Of a stretch of DNA of 64,000 nucleotides, positions 20,782 through 31,085 are shown piece after piece; position 1 is the stretch's first letter; every line of letters starts with the position of its first letter. Made by a program: the position numbers and the translations under genes. Below the pieces are notes generated by a model. The model searched no databases, had not been told where the DNA came from, and was given only the letters and a program-made list of their open reading frames with translations. Origin of the DNA: Euryarchaeota archaeon SM23-78 (GTDB lineage: Archaea; Nanobdellota; Nanobdellia; Woesearchaeales; SM23-78); contig LSSJ01000002.1 of the NCBI GenBank assembly GCA_001595785.1, forward strand, positions 22,224 through 86,223, written 5' to 3'.

Positions 20782-22296
20782 ATGGTAAAAAAGAAAGTGC
20801 TAGAAAAGTTGATAAAAGAAAAAGATGAAGAAATAGCAGAATTAAAAAAAAAGGTTGAGAAATATAAAAAAGAAGCTATTGCTAATAAGTCAGAAGCTGA
20901 AGCATATAAATCACAATTAGAAGAACAAAAAATAATTAACCAAGAGCAACAAGAGTTGATAAAAGAGTATGAAGAAGAACTAGGAATAGAATCTAAAGAA
21001 GGAAAAGTAACAACAATAATTGGCCACTTGTCTAGAGCAAGCCATTATCTTTTTGAAACAAAAACACCTGATAAAGCAACACCTCATCTAAGAAAGAGCA
21101 TTAAATTAGATGATCAAAAAATTGTTCGATTAGATAATCTGACCAAGAAAAAAGAAATATCTGTATTTTTATGTAAGGCTAGAGATGGAAAAACTTTAAT
21201 CAGGCTAAACCGGCCAAAAGAAAAAGAGATTATTGAATATGGACTTACATTAGAAAATGCGTTGCTAATGGTTTATCCAAGTGCAGACATGGCAAACGCA
21301 GTGTATAAGGTATATAAAAGAACGCTTGAGGATAAAAATAATAAGCCGACTCGAGAGACTCCAAATCTTTGTGAAAAAATACAAGCCCAGGAATTTCTCT
21401 TGGAAAAAATTATACCTATTTCATATTTAACTCCAAATGGTCTGTTTAGTCTTTTTCATTTGATTGAAAGCAAAGATTTCTCCTCCCATATAAAAAAAGC
21501 ATTTATCGAGTCTCTGATTAAAAAACAGCTCAGAGATGTCGCATATCTAAGAACCAGAGAGTATGGCTTTGATAAAAATCTTATCATTAATTCTTCTCAT
21601 GGAGATAAAATGCTTGAGGTTTATGATGAAGCAAAAATATCTTTAACACCTAAAGAAAAAAGAAAAATTAAGGAGGCAGGAAAACTTATTGATGAAAGAG
21701 CGAACCATTCTTTTGTAGATGGTGCTTCTTGGAATTCCTTTCCTCATAAAATATTAGTAGACAGTTATTTTCATAACAAAGTAGCTAAAATGATTTCACA
21801 AGAAATAATAGATTATAATGAACTAAATAATGAAATAGAAGAGTTGGTAAAAAAGCACACTTATCGAATTGATCTTGATAAAATGGTAAGATTGACTTTT
21901 CCATCAGACGATGCAATACATACTTTGGAATGGCCAGTGCCCATATTACTTCCAAGTGAGAGAATAAGGTATGAACAATATTTTGTTGAAAAACTTTCTG
22001 AACATGGAGAGGATACAGAACACTACTGGGATTTAAGGGCGTTAGAAGGGTTTTATAGGCACATAAGAATGTGGTTCTTTTACAGACAAAACCCTGATAA
22101 CTATCCTGATCCTGAGGATGTATACAAACAGCACCATTTGAATATGTCTTTTTACAGCATTTATATACACACCTTTGGAAGAGGACCACCAAAAAAAGAG
22201 ATGATCAATACTAATCTTAGGAAAGGATTAGAATTAATGATGCATCCCAACTGTAGACCCCAAGCAATCAAATATCCTATTAATTATGCTGAATAA
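20782..22296 (+). CDS. Hypothetical protein: N-terminal coiled coil plus possible degenerate kinase-like (APH-like) domain
   Basis: Long ORF with normal codon usage. FVDGASWN and YRIDLDK loosely resemble HxDxxxxN and IDF motifs (weak). Confidence 0.65.
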   Translation: MVKKKVLEKLIKEKDEEIAELKKKVEKYKKEAIANKSEAEAYKSQLEEQKIINQEQQELIKEYEEELGIESKEGKVTTIIGHLSRASHYLFETKTPDKATPHLRKSIKLDDQKIVRLDNLTKKKEISVFLCKARDGKTLIRLNRPKEKEIIEYGLTLENALLMVYPSADMANAVYKVYKRTLEDKNNKPTRETPNLCEKIQAQEFLLEKIIPISYLTPNGLFSLFHLIESKDFSSHIKKAFIESLIKKQLRDVAYLRTREYGFDKNLIINSSHGDKMLEVYDEAKISLTPKEKRKIKEAGKLIDERANHSFVDGASWNSFPHKILVDSYFHNKVAKMISQEIIDYNELNNEIEELVKKHTYRIDLDKMVRLTFPSDDAIHTLEWPVPILLPSERIRYEQYFVEKLSEHGEDTEHYWDLRALEGFYRHIRMWFFYRQNPDNYPDPEDVYKQHHLNMSFYSIYIHTFGRGPPKKEMINTNLRKGLELMMHPNCRPQAIKYPINYAE

Positions 22297-23151
22297 ATAA
22301 GGATATAATGACTTCTCACCAGAACTAAATTTGGTTTCTAAGAGTTCTTGTTTTAAGGATTTAATCTTCTGTCTCATTCTTAGCAGTTCTTTATCAGAAT
22401 AATTATAGAAGAAACGATAATAGTTTTCAAACAAATCATTTATTTGAGAGTAGATATCTTGAACATCAAGACTTATTTTAAAAGTTGGTTTATTAAGGAT
22501 AATATTTATTATATCCCTGTAATCATCACATATGCTCTCAATAACCCATATTATAAGATAGGTATATGTTGTCTTATCATCTTTATAGGGTTTCTTATTA
22601 AGCAGTCTTTGGCAGTAGTTGGTAAGCTTGTTAATAGTTTGTTCAAGAACAAGTACTTCTTTAAGTTTATCAGTGCTTTCCTCTCTTAGCCCGTCTAAAC
22701 TATTCTTTGCAAGGGAAAGGGCTACTAAGAAGATTCTTCTAACCAAGGTATCTAACTCTGATAAATGGTCACCGGAAACTGCCTTTACAACGCAGAGGTT
22801 GCCTTTTTGCTCTGTTATTTCATACCCCATTAGCATGGTGTTAATTCTTTCTTGTATTATTTTAATGGTCTCAGGATTGTTAAAGGTTATCTCTATCTCG
22901 TCATAACCAGATTTGTGGAGCACAGAAAGGATGCTATGAATAGCTCCCCAGTTAGTGTCTGAGAAATCAGCTTTAGTCTTTTTGATTAGAAGATGCTCTT
23001 GTCCTGGATAAATCGTTAGTACTTCTCCTTCATCATCAACATTAAGTTCATCTCCTTTCTTGATGTTGTTGGTTTTGACCCATTTTGATGGTAGAGAAAC
23101 TGTTAGGGTTGAAGGCCCGTGCAGAATTACTTTTCGCTTAATCTTAACCAC
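22234..23151 (-). CDS. Archaeal phosphate uptake regulator (AbrB-like domain + PhoU domains)
   Basis: RKVILHGPSTLTVSLPSKWVK...KGDEL, GYDEIEI, GYEITEQ, NKLTNYCQRLLNK, IESICD motifs. Confidence 0.85.
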   Translation of the reverse strand: MVKIKRKVILHGPSTLTVSLPSKWVKTNNIKKGDELNVDDEGEVLTIYPGQEHLLIKKTKADFSDTNWGAIHSILSVLHKSGYDEIEITFNNPETIKIIQERINTMLMGYEITEQKGNLCVVKAVSGDHLSELDTLVRRIFLVALSLAKNSLDGLREESTDKLKEVLVLEQTINKLTNYCQRLLNKKPYKDDKTTYTYLIIWVIESICDDYRDIINIILNKPTFKISLDVQDIYSQINDLFENYYRFFYNYSDKELLRMRQKIKSLKQELLETKFSSGEKSLYPYLFSIINRIFDCLGSTVGMHH

Positions 23152-23347
23152 CCCCTAAGCATGACTGAGAAAAGGGTCCTTATATAAATATCTTTCTAAA
23201 AATATACATATGTATATAATGTGATAAAAAAGTATATATAACCAATTTGTGATAATTTATCCTGAAAAAAAATTAGAGGTAAAAAACAGTCCTAATTTAT
23301 CCAAAATATAATTTAAAAAGAATTCAAAAAACAAAAGGGTGAGAATT

Positions 23348-23668
23348 ATGGGGAGCATAATAAGTTCAAGAAGAGAAGATGCGAAGGTGGTTGTAGAAGC
23401 AGCACTAGATTATGAAGAGCTGGTTCAGCTTAGAGGGGAGATAGATAATGTCCACTTATTCTCGGAAAAGGTAGCTGATTTAGAGACTAATATATCAAGC
23501 AGAGGAAAGAATGAAGCCACTAAATACTTCTTAATACCAAGGCATCTGAGAAAAGATTTGAGCATAAGAGAGCCTGTAAGCTGCCAGAGAATAAACACAC
23601 CTGATAAAGCAATCTTTGTATATGTGGTTAACAGAAATGTTTTTCATGGAGTTAAAAAGCTAAGGTAA
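23348..23668 (+). CDS. Small conserved protein with AbrB-like swapped-hairpin motif
   Basis: RGKNEATKYFLIPRHLRK resembles the AbrB/SpoVT core. Start ATG 23348 or GTG 23339. Confidence 0.6.
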   Translation: MGSIISSRREDAKVVVEAALDYEELVQLRGEIDNVHLFSEKVADLETNISSRGKNEATKYFLIPRHLRKDLSIREPVSCQRINTPDKAIFVYVVNRNVFHGVKKLR

Positions 23669-23716
23669 AACAGAAGAGTAAGAGAGAATATGCTAATGGA
23701 CCAAGGGTGACTAAAA

Positions 23717-24262
23717 ATGGAATTCTTATTAGGGATAAGTGAGAATAAATTTGTTCTTATTCTTCTTAAAAGCAAAAACTACTTAGAAGAGCTGCACAAG
23801 ATGATAAAAGAGGTAAAGAAACATCACACAAAAATATGCTATGTATGTCTCTCAAAGCCATATTCAGAGGTGATTGACAATCTTAAAAATGAGAGAATAA
23901 ACTATGAGCATTTTATCTTTATAGATGTTATTAGCAGTCTTCACTACAAGCTCAAACCAGTCAAGAACTGCATCTTTGTTACAGGCCCAGAGAACTTAAT
24001 AGAACTAAAAAAAGCTATAAAAAGGGCAGTAACTAAGAATGAATGCGAAGCAGTAATCTTTGATACAATATCAACCCTGCTCATATACCAACAGACTCAT
24101 TCAATAATAAGATTCACACATGAACTTATAATTGATAAAGACCAAAGCACAATAAACAAGGTATATGTAGTCTTAAAGGAAAAAGGGATTTACAGAAATG
24201 AAAGCGCAAAATTAATAAAGGACCTCAACTTATTTGCGGATAAGACAATCGAAATGAAATAA
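23717..24262 (+). CDS. Inactive RecA/KaiC-fold protein (paralog of 17237-17764)
   Basis: ICYVCLSKPY, FIFIDV, IFDTISTLLIY motifs. RBS GGTGA. Confidence 0.65.
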   Translation: MEFLLGISENKFVLILLKSKNYLEELHKMIKEVKKHHTKICYVCLSKPYSEVIDNLKNERINYEHFIFIDVISSLHYKLKPVKNCIFVTGPENLIELKKAIKRAVTKNECEAVIFDTISTLLIYQQTHSIIRFTHELIIDKDQSTINKVYVVLKEKGIYRNESAKLIKDLNLFADKTIEMK

Positions 24263-24323
24263 ATAAAAAAAGAAACAAAAATATAAAAATATAATTAATT
24301 TGATAAAAAAAGGAGTTCGTAAA

Positions 24324-24692
24324 ATGCCTAAGACAATAATGATAGTGGATGATGAGCCTCACATGGTAGAGCTAGAAAAAGCCATCCTTGAAGCAGAAGG
24401 GTTCAAAATAATAAGTGCTTTGGATGGAAAGCAAGCATTAAAAATCCTTGAGACAATCAAGCCAGACCTCGTAATCCTTGATATGATGATGCCAGGCATG
24501 TCAGGCAGAGAGGTGTGCGAGAAGATAAGAAAGAATCCTAAGACAAAGAAGCTGAAAATAATATTTGTAACAGTTGCCAGGTTCTCAGAGATTGGTAAGA
24601 ACCAACTCAAAGGCATGGATGTTCTTGATTATATCACCAAGCCCTTTGATAATGAGGAGTTAGTGAAAAGGGTAAAAAAGATTTTAGGATAA
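24324..24692 (+). CDS. Stand-alone response regulator receiver (CheY-like)
   Basis: IMIVDDE, PDLVILDMMMPGMSG, VT, YITKPF motifs. ATG at 24324. Confidence 0.92.
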   Translation: MPKTIMIVDDEPHMVELEKAILEAEGFKIISALDGKQALKILETIKPDLVILDMMMPGMSGREVCEKIRKNPKTKKLKIIFVTVARFSEIGKNQLKGMDVLDYITKPFDNEELVKRVKKILG

Positions 24693-24705
24693 ATAAAAAA
24701 ACAGT

Positions 24706-25491
24706 TTAAATCTCTTTTTCTTTTACCTCCATTACTTTCTCCTTTATTTGACGTTGTACTCTCTTAAAATACACTAGCGCATATATCACTAGGAAGAACA
24801 TGAGATACCACAAGAGATCAATATACTGCTTTCCTAAAGCATAGATTTCATAGTTCTGAACATACCACAAATCAGCTATCAGAGTTGAAATAATTCCTAG
24901 ACCTATGAGAATCCAGCCGAGTGATAGCTTACCAGAGATTAATGAATAAGACAGGAATATTAAGGGTATGATTAAGAGTAGGTCTGCAATCACATAACCA
25001 CTTGTTACAAGGTTTTCTATGAATGATACTTCAAGGTCCCATGCAAAAGGAAAGAAATACAGGTAAACTCCTACAGCAGCTATTGTAATCAATACTAAAA
25101 ATATTATTCTCTTCTTGTTCTTGAATATATCAGGAGTTGACATCTTTATCCCATAAAATATGCCAATCATCAGGAACGGGTAGGTTAAAAGATAAGCAAC
25201 ATCTGCAAATGAGACAACAGCTTCTTCATAAATTATCCATAAGATTTCTCCTACCGTCCAACAGAAGAAGCCAATGGTTAGGAATAGGATTGCTTTTCCT
25301 TGCAAACTCCTAGTTCCAAACACTTTAGCCAAATAAACACCCAGGGCTACTGTTATTAAAGGTAATCCTATGGTTACAATATAAGTGAACATATCAAATA
25401 CTGTTTCTGCTCCTGGCTCAAATATATACATAAGAACTATTGCAACAAAACCAAGTATTAATAATATTAAAACCCAATCTATTCTTTTCAT
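24706..25491 (-). CDS. Polytopic membrane protein (~8 TM), membrane-sensor-like
   Basis: Alternating hydrophobic segments. GEILW, ADVAYL..YP, ADL motifs typical of stand-alone membrane sensor domains. Confidence 0.7.
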   Translation of the reverse strand: MKRIDWVLILLILGFVAIVLMYIFEPGAETVFDMFTYIVTIGLPLITVALGVYLAKVFGTRSLQGKAILFLTIGFFCWTVGEILWIIYEEAVVSFADVAYLLTYPFLMIGIFYGIKMSTPDIFKNKKRIIFLVLITIAAVGVYLYFFPFAWDLEVSFIENLVTSGYVIADLLLIIPLIFLSYSLISGKLSLGWILIGLGIISTLIADLWYVQNYEIYALGKQYIDLLWYLMFFLVIYALVYFKRVQRQIKEKVMEVKEKEI

Positions 25492-25715
25492 TTTCCCATC
25501 ACCTCTTCTAACTTCTTTATTTCAGGATATTTATTAATTATACCTCTAAGATGCTTCTCTGTGCTTTCCTGTCCTAAAAGCTTTGATAACATCTCCTTGC
25601 ACGCTAATAAAAGTTCCTCTGGATTGCTCTCATCATAATATTTCTCAAATGTTTCTCTAGTGTCCTTACCAAACAAGGATTCCATTAGTTCTATAATGTC
25701 CTGTTTTAATCCCAT
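25488..25715 (-). CDS. Small helical protein in the two-component operon
   Basis: 75 aa with two LFG/LLG half-repeats. Stop overlaps the next start. Confidence 0.65.
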   Translation of the reverse strand: MGLKQDIIELMESLFGKDTRETFEKYYDESNPEELLLACKEMLSKLLGQESTEKHLRGIINKYPEIKKLEEVMGK

Positions 25716-25746
25716 TTTAATCTAAAAAATTATTTAAACCTTTTAT

Positions 25747-27834
25747 TTATCTCTTTATATCCTTTTCTACTTTTAATTTTTTCTTTTTCTCTTTCTTCAT
25801 CTTGAATACTTCTAAACGCTTCTCCTCCATGAGGAGTTTGGATTTTATAGGCAGGGTGAAGAAAAAAGTTGTTCCTTTACCAATCTGGCTCTTAAGCCAT
25901 ATCTTTCCACCCATAGCCTCAACCATGCCTTTGCATATGGCTAACCCAAGACCAGAGCCAACAGCTTTCCTGGTATATGAAGAATCAACCTGGTAAAACC
26001 TTTCAAATATCTTTGAGAAGTACTTCTTCTTAATCCCAATACCCTCGTCCTTCACAGAGAAAAGGATTTGTTCTTCTTGCTTTGAAGCAGACACAAAAAT
26101 TTTCTTATTTTTCTTAACAGTGTACTTCACAGCATTATTAACCAGGTTGACTAGTATTTGAATAAATCTGCTTTTGTCAGTAACAAAGTTTTGAGGTACA
26201 TTATTTGCAACATTTGCTTTTAGAGTTATTCCTTTCTTAGCAGCCAAGAGATACAACTCCTTAACAAGGCCCTTGAAAGCCTCCCTGATATCTGTTTCTT
26301 CAAACACAAACTTCAGAGTGCCAAGATCAATCCGGGAAAGGTCAAGGATGTCATCAATCAGCTTCTTAAGCCTCATAGAATCCTCTATGATAATGCTCAA
26401 GTAATAATTTCTTTGCTCAGGATTAGCCATGATTTTCTCGTTCTTAAGAAGCCCTGCAAAGCCATGGATAGAAGCAAGAGGAGTCTTAAGCTCATGAGCA
26501 GTCATGGATATGAACTCGTTCTTGTACTCATCCATCCTTTTCAATTCAATATTTGCCTTCTCCAATGCCTCATTAAGCTTAATCAAATCCTTCTGCGATT
26601 TCTCAAGATCCCCCTTTGATATACTAACATCCTCAAGCATGTTAAGAACGGCAGTTCTTGTGTCCTCAAGCTCCTTTACCTTTTTTTTCAGCTCTTCTGT
26701 TCTTTTTTCTACTAATTTTTCTAATTCTCTTTCGTGCCTTCTTATTTTTTCATGAGATTCTTTTAAATCCGTGGTCATCTGATTAAAAGTATCAGCTAAA
26801 TCGCCAAGTTCATCTTTAGAAATTATTTTAATCTTGTAATCCAAGTTCCCCATCCTAACTTCTTTAACTCCTTCTTGTAAATGGGTAACTGGTTTCAATA
26901 ATTTTTTAAAAACAATTATTAAAAGGACAGCTATGAATAGAACAAACAAAATAATTGAAAGCCCGGCAAGAAAAAGAAGTGTTGATAATTCTTGAAATAT
27001 TTCTTTTACAGGTAATTCTACTATTACGCCCCAGCCAGTAGTGTCAATTGATTTCCAGTTACCAATAACCTTTTCGTTATTAAAAGAGGTATAAGTTTCA
27101 GACGTGCGAATATTATTCAAAAAATTTTTAACTCCTTGAATCTGTTTCAAATCTAAATTTTCCATAACCAGACTTATGTCTTTATATGCTATAAGCCTTC
27201 CTCTTTGGTCTACAACATAAATATATCCTGTTTTTTTAACTCTTATTTTAGAGGTGGTATCCCACATCGGGCTTAAATCAACCTCAGCATCCAGAACTCC
27301 GATTATAGTATCATTTTCATCCTGTATTGGTGAACTAATTGAAATAAAGGGTAGTTGATACTCAGAAATATAAATGGGGCCTAAATAATAATCTTCTTCA
27401 AGTGCTTTCTTAAACTTCTCCTGAGCAGAAACATCTTTTAATTCTGAAGATGTTTTCGGGTCATGTCTCACAATTTTAGTTATTTCATTTCCTTCTATAT
27501 CAATAATTGAAAGAGAATAAATACTAGGATTATGTCTAAGTAAATTTTTTAAACTTCTAGTGTTTAAATCTTTTTCAAAGCGATTGGTTTTACCAATTTC
27601 TTCACTAAATAATTTCAATTCACCAAGAATATTTTTAATATAATAATGAATTTCAGAACTAGCTTTAACTGAAACCTCTTCTTGAACTTCTTGTATAGAA
27701 TTCATGTGTGCACTAAAATTATAATAAATTAAGCTTGTAATTAATATTAAAGTAAAAAAAGAAATTATTAAGTACGGGATTATTAATTTTAATCCTAGTC
27801 TACCAGATATTACTTTGATTTTCTTTTTTTCCAT
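25747..27834 (-). CDS. Sensor histidine kinase (TM-dCache_1-TM-HAMP-coiled coil-HisKA-HATPase)
   Basis: YIYVVDQRG.LIAY (Cache), DELGDLA..FNQM (HAMP), AHELKTPL, NLVNNAVKY, D.GIGI, GSGLGL, G.GTTF. Confidence 0.93.
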   Translation of the reverse strand: MEKKKIKVISGRLGLKLIIPYLIISFFTLILITSLIYYNFSAHMNSIQEVQEEVSVKASSEIHYYIKNILGELKLFSEEIGKTNRFEKDLNTRSLKNLLRHNPSIYSLSIIDIEGNEITKIVRHDPKTSSELKDVSAQEKFKKALEEDYYLGPIYISEYQLPFISISSPIQDENDTIIGVLDAEVDLSPMWDTTSKIRVKKTGYIYVVDQRGRLIAYKDISLVMENLDLKQIQGVKNFLNNIRTSETYTSFNNEKVIGNWKSIDTTGWGVIVELPVKEIFQELSTLLFLAGLSIILFVLFIAVLLIIVFKKLLKPVTHLQEGVKEVRMGNLDYKIKIISKDELGDLADTFNQMTTDLKESHEKIRRHERELEKLVEKRTEELKKKVKELEDTRTAVLNMLEDVSISKGDLEKSQKDLIKLNEALEKANIELKRMDEYKNEFISMTAHELKTPLASIHGFAGLLKNEKIMANPEQRNYYLSIIIEDSMRLKKLIDDILDLSRIDLGTLKFVFEETDIREAFKGLVKELYLLAAKKGITLKANVANNVPQNFVTDKSRFIQILVNLVNNAVKYTVKKNKKIFVSASKQEEQILFSVKDEGIGIKKKYFSKIFERFYQVDSSYTRKAVGSGLGLAICKGMVEAMGGKIWLKSQIGKGTTFFFTLPIKSKLLMEEKRLEVFKMKKEKKKKLKVEKDIKR

Positions 27835-27858
27835 TCTGCCTATAATTTTTTACTATGT

Positions 27859-29046
27859 TTAAGACAATACTTTTTCAAAAACAAAACGTTTATTTTGTAC
27901 TATGTTTCCACTTATAATACTTAAGGTAGTGTCGCCATTTTGGTCAAAACTCCAAGTGCCAAAAAGGCCATCATAATCTTTTATTTTGGATACTTCTTCT
28001 AAAATTTTTGCTCTGTCTTTCACTCCCGCTCTTTCAATTGCAAGCAAAGCAACTTTAGCAGCTTCATAACCAAAAGATGACACGGTTCCTGGTTCTTTGT
28101 TGTATCTTACCCTGTAACCTTCAATAAATTCTTTTCCTTTTTCAGTTAATTTTTCTAATTCTGCGGGTGGCACTCCAAAAACAGTTAAGTATGTTCCTTC
28201 TGTAGCATCCCCTCCTAAATCAAGAAATGCCTGTTCCATAATACCATCCGGACCCATTAGTTTTGCATCTAAGCCCAGTTCCTTGATCCCTTTTACTAAA
28301 GGAATTGCTCCGTTCATGGTTACACCACCAAAGTAAATTAAATCAGGGTTCTGGTCTTTGATTGCATTCAATTTTTCCTTGGCATTTTCACTGTTGATTG
28401 ATTCATGACCTAATACAGCTAAGCCTATTTCCAAGGCTTCTTCTTCAAAAAGGTCAGCAATTCCCATACCATAGGCTTCGCCATCATCAAATATATAAAC
28501 ACTCCCAAATCCTAATTCCTTAGCCCAAACAGCCCCTACTGGCCCCTGTACTGCATCTGTTGGACAAACTCTGAAATAATTACGCATTCCTGTTGGATAA
28601 AATATGCCTGGTTCTCCAGGCAGGAAACCTACCATTGTCAGGCCTGGCCAAGTATTTACCGGACTTATCTGAACAAGTCCTCCCTGATTATTTATTGGAA
28701 TACTAACCTTTGCCGCGCCACTATTATATGTTCCCAGATAAACCATTACATTGGGGTCAGCAACAGCTCTCCTAGCAATACCTTCCTCTATCTCGGGTTG
28801 CCATTGTCCGTTTTCATCTCCATCATCCTCTACTACCAACTCTATCTTATAACCTACAACAGTGTAATCAACTTCTTCCAAAGCCAATCTGACTCCATTC
28901 ACAATATCATGACCTGCTTGCATTACTCTCATAGGATTGCTTGTTACAATCTTTATTGTCTTTTGTTCTGACTCTGCACACCCTAAAAAAACGGTGGAAA
29001 ACATTAACCCTACTAAAATAATCCACAACATACTTTTTATTTTCAT
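27859..29046 (-). CDS. Branched-chain amino-acid-binding lipoprotein (LivJ/LivK family)
   Basis: Lipobox FLGC, GTYNSG, YFRVCPTD, YFGG, MGPDG, G.WSFD.NGD motifs. Confidence 0.88.
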   Translation of the reverse strand: MKIKSMLWIILVGLMFSTVFLGCAESEQKTIKIVTSNPMRVMQAGHDIVNGVRLALEEVDYTVVGYKIELVVEDDGDENGQWQPEIEEGIARRAVADPNVMVYLGTYNSGAAKVSIPINNQGGLVQISPVNTWPGLTMVGFLPGEPGIFYPTGMRNYFRVCPTDAVQGPVGAVWAKELGFGSVYIFDDGEAYGMGIADLFEEEALEIGLAVLGHESINSENAKEKLNAIKDQNPDLIYFGGVTMNGAIPLVKGIKELGLDAKLMGPDGIMEQAFLDLGGDATEGTYLTVFGVPPAELEKLTEKGKEFIEGYRVRYNKEPGTVSSFGYEAAKVALLAIERAGVKDRAKILEEVSKIKDYDGLFGTWSFDQNGDTTLSIISGNIVQNKRFVFEKVLS

Positions 29047-30380
29047 TCTTTCACCCCGGTTTTATTTTTATTTTTTTTAACTTTGCCCTCTAACTCTTTA
29101 ATCCTCTTCTTCAACTTAACCATCTTGAGCTCTCTGCCAACTGCCAACTTGTTGAACCTCTCAAGCTCTTCTGTTCTTTTCTTAAGTTCGTCCTCTATCT
29201 TTTTCCGACCAGTAATATCCACAAAACTCTCAATAAGACGTTTTTTTCCTTCTAATACCATAGGAACAGTGGTTTTGAGGATAGGTATTTTTTCTCCTTT
29301 TACATTTAATAATATCCGCTCAGAATTATCCACTCTTTGTCCTAAATCAAGTATAGGGCACTTATTTCTTTCTGCAGGACAAATAAATTTATGACATATC
29401 TTTCCAAGAATCTTTTCTTTTGGTAATCCAATCATTTGAATTGCTAGAGAATTAACATAAACAATTTTACGGGTCTCGGGGTCAATAATAATCACTCCGG
29501 TCTGCAAATGATCTAATATATCTCTTAAGCGTGCTTCACTCTTCTTCAAGGTCTCTTCTGCTTCTTTTGTCTTAGTTATATCCTCAACAAAAATCATTAC
29601 CTTTTCTACTACGCCCTTCTCGTTTTTCATAGGCAGGCCTGTGAAGTTCCTGACAGTCCTCTTCTTGCTATAATAAGATGTATAAGTAAGAGGCCCGATA
29701 AAGAAGGGTTTGCCTTTAAAACAATTCCTTATCTTACCTGCCAAGCCAAGCTCAACATAAGTTGGAAGCTTAAAAACATTTATCCTAATAAAAACCTCTC
29801 TCTTATCCCCTGAAATCATTAGCATAGTAGGATTAGCATAGTCAACCACTCCCTTCTTGTTAACAGTGAAAACCCCGAAAGGAGCATTCTCAATAATATC
29901 AGACTGAGTTTTATAAGCTTTTGAAATAGCTTCTTGTGCTTTCTTACGATCACTAATGTCCCTAAACATCCCTTGGATTAATTTTTTGCCTTTAAGTTCA
30001 AAGACATTGGCTTTAATTGCAACGTTTTTTATTTTTCCTTTTTTTGTAATAACTTGAGTTTCCAGAATCTTCCCTTCTTTTTCTTTGAGGTGTTGTTCGA
30101 AAGTTCTGCTAAATCTTCCTTTAATTTCTTCTGGAGGATGGATAATCCTCTGATGTTTACCAATCAATTCTGACTTCTCTCTCTCAACCAATCTGCATGC
30201 TGCAAGGTTACAATCAAGTATTATGCCTGTTTTAGCATCAGCTATGAGGATAGCGTCTAAGGCTTCATCAAACAGCCTTTTATACACTTCAAAGCTGTTA
30301 AGCACCTTATTCTTTTCTTCATGCTTAAGGTTGTGCTTATCAGAATTCTTATTTTTGATTGTATTCACAATTATGCTCAC
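29043..30380 (-). CDS. PAS-only protein (3 PAS/PAC domains) with C-terminal VGRELKM coiled coil
   Basis: Three PAS units ending RDISDRK, EDITKTK and VDITGRK. Tail ELERFNKLAVGRELKMVKLK. No output domain. Confidence 0.88.
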   Translation of the reverse strand: MSIIVNTIKNKNSDKHNLKHEEKNKVLNSFEVYKRLFDEALDAILIADAKTGIILDCNLAACRLVEREKSELIGKHQRIIHPPEEIKGRFSRTFEQHLKEKEGKILETQVITKKGKIKNVAIKANVFELKGKKLIQGMFRDISDRKKAQEAISKAYKTQSDIIENAPFGVFTVNKKGVVDYANPTMLMISGDKREVFIRINVFKLPTYVELGLAGKIRNCFKGKPFFIGPLTYTSYYSKKRTVRNFTGLPMKNEKGVVEKVMIFVEDITKTKEAEETLKKSEARLRDILDHLQTGVIIIDPETRKIVYVNSLAIQMIGLPKEKILGKICHKFICPAERNKCPILDLGQRVDNSERILLNVKGEKIPILKTTVPMVLEGKKRLIESFVDITGRKKIEDELKKRTEELERFNKLAVGRELKMVKLKKRIKELEGKVKKNKNKTGVKE

Positions 30381-30494
30381 CCTCTCTTTTCAAATCCTCA
30401 AAAAACTCTTAAAATAAGAGTTTTATAACTATATAGTTACATCTATTGAATTACGGGTATTTTAATCTTTCGTTAATTATGGGATAAATATATA

Positions 30495-31085
30495 TCATTT
30501 TTCTTCTTTAAATTCAATAATCTCAGCTAATCTTTTAACAAATTTCTTTGCATCTTGCATTATTTCTTGTGCTTTACTCTTTTCATACTCTGGATCAGCA
30601 GAATATCTGGCTGCTCTATCTTTTTTTCTTGCATCATCCAAGGTTATGATATATTCTTCTTCTAATATCTTTTTTCCCTGGTCAAATAATTCTAAAGCTT
30701 CTTTTTCTAACTCATCTTTAATAACATAGAGTTTTGCTAGTGCATATTTGGTTGCTTGATGGTCATCACTCTTATAGTTTTGTTTAGCAAGAGCAGATAA
30801 AGCAGCATGGTACATGGCATAATAAGAAATAGCTATTACCCAACTATAACATTGGAAATCATCTGGTAAAACTAATTGTTCTTTAATACCAGCATTCTCT
30901 ACAACACCCATCATCATTTTTCCGACTAATAAGTTGTGCCTTGCATTCCTTAGATAGTTCTTGGTTAATCGTTTAACTCCTATTTTTTTACGTAGATAAA
31001 ACCTATCCTTGCTTTCTTTTCTAAGATATTCTTCAAACTGATTTTCAATTTCTCTTTTGTTGAATATTGGATTTTTATCACTCAT
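30495..31085 (-). CDS. HEPN domain protein (MNT-HEPN toxin-like)
   Basis: SYYAMYHAA..AL......DH and R...RY motifs. Start ATG 31085 overlaps the MNT stop. Confidence 0.8.
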   Translation of the reverse strand: MSDKNPIFNKREIENQFEEYLRKESKDRFYLRKKIGVKRLTKNYLRNARHNLLVGKMMMGVVENAGIKEQLVLPDDFQCYSWVIAISYYAMYHAALSALAKQNYKSDDHQATKYALAKLYVIKDELEKEALELFDQGKKILEEEYIITLDDARKKDRAARYSADPEYEKSKAQEIMQDAKKFVKRLAEIIEFKEEK

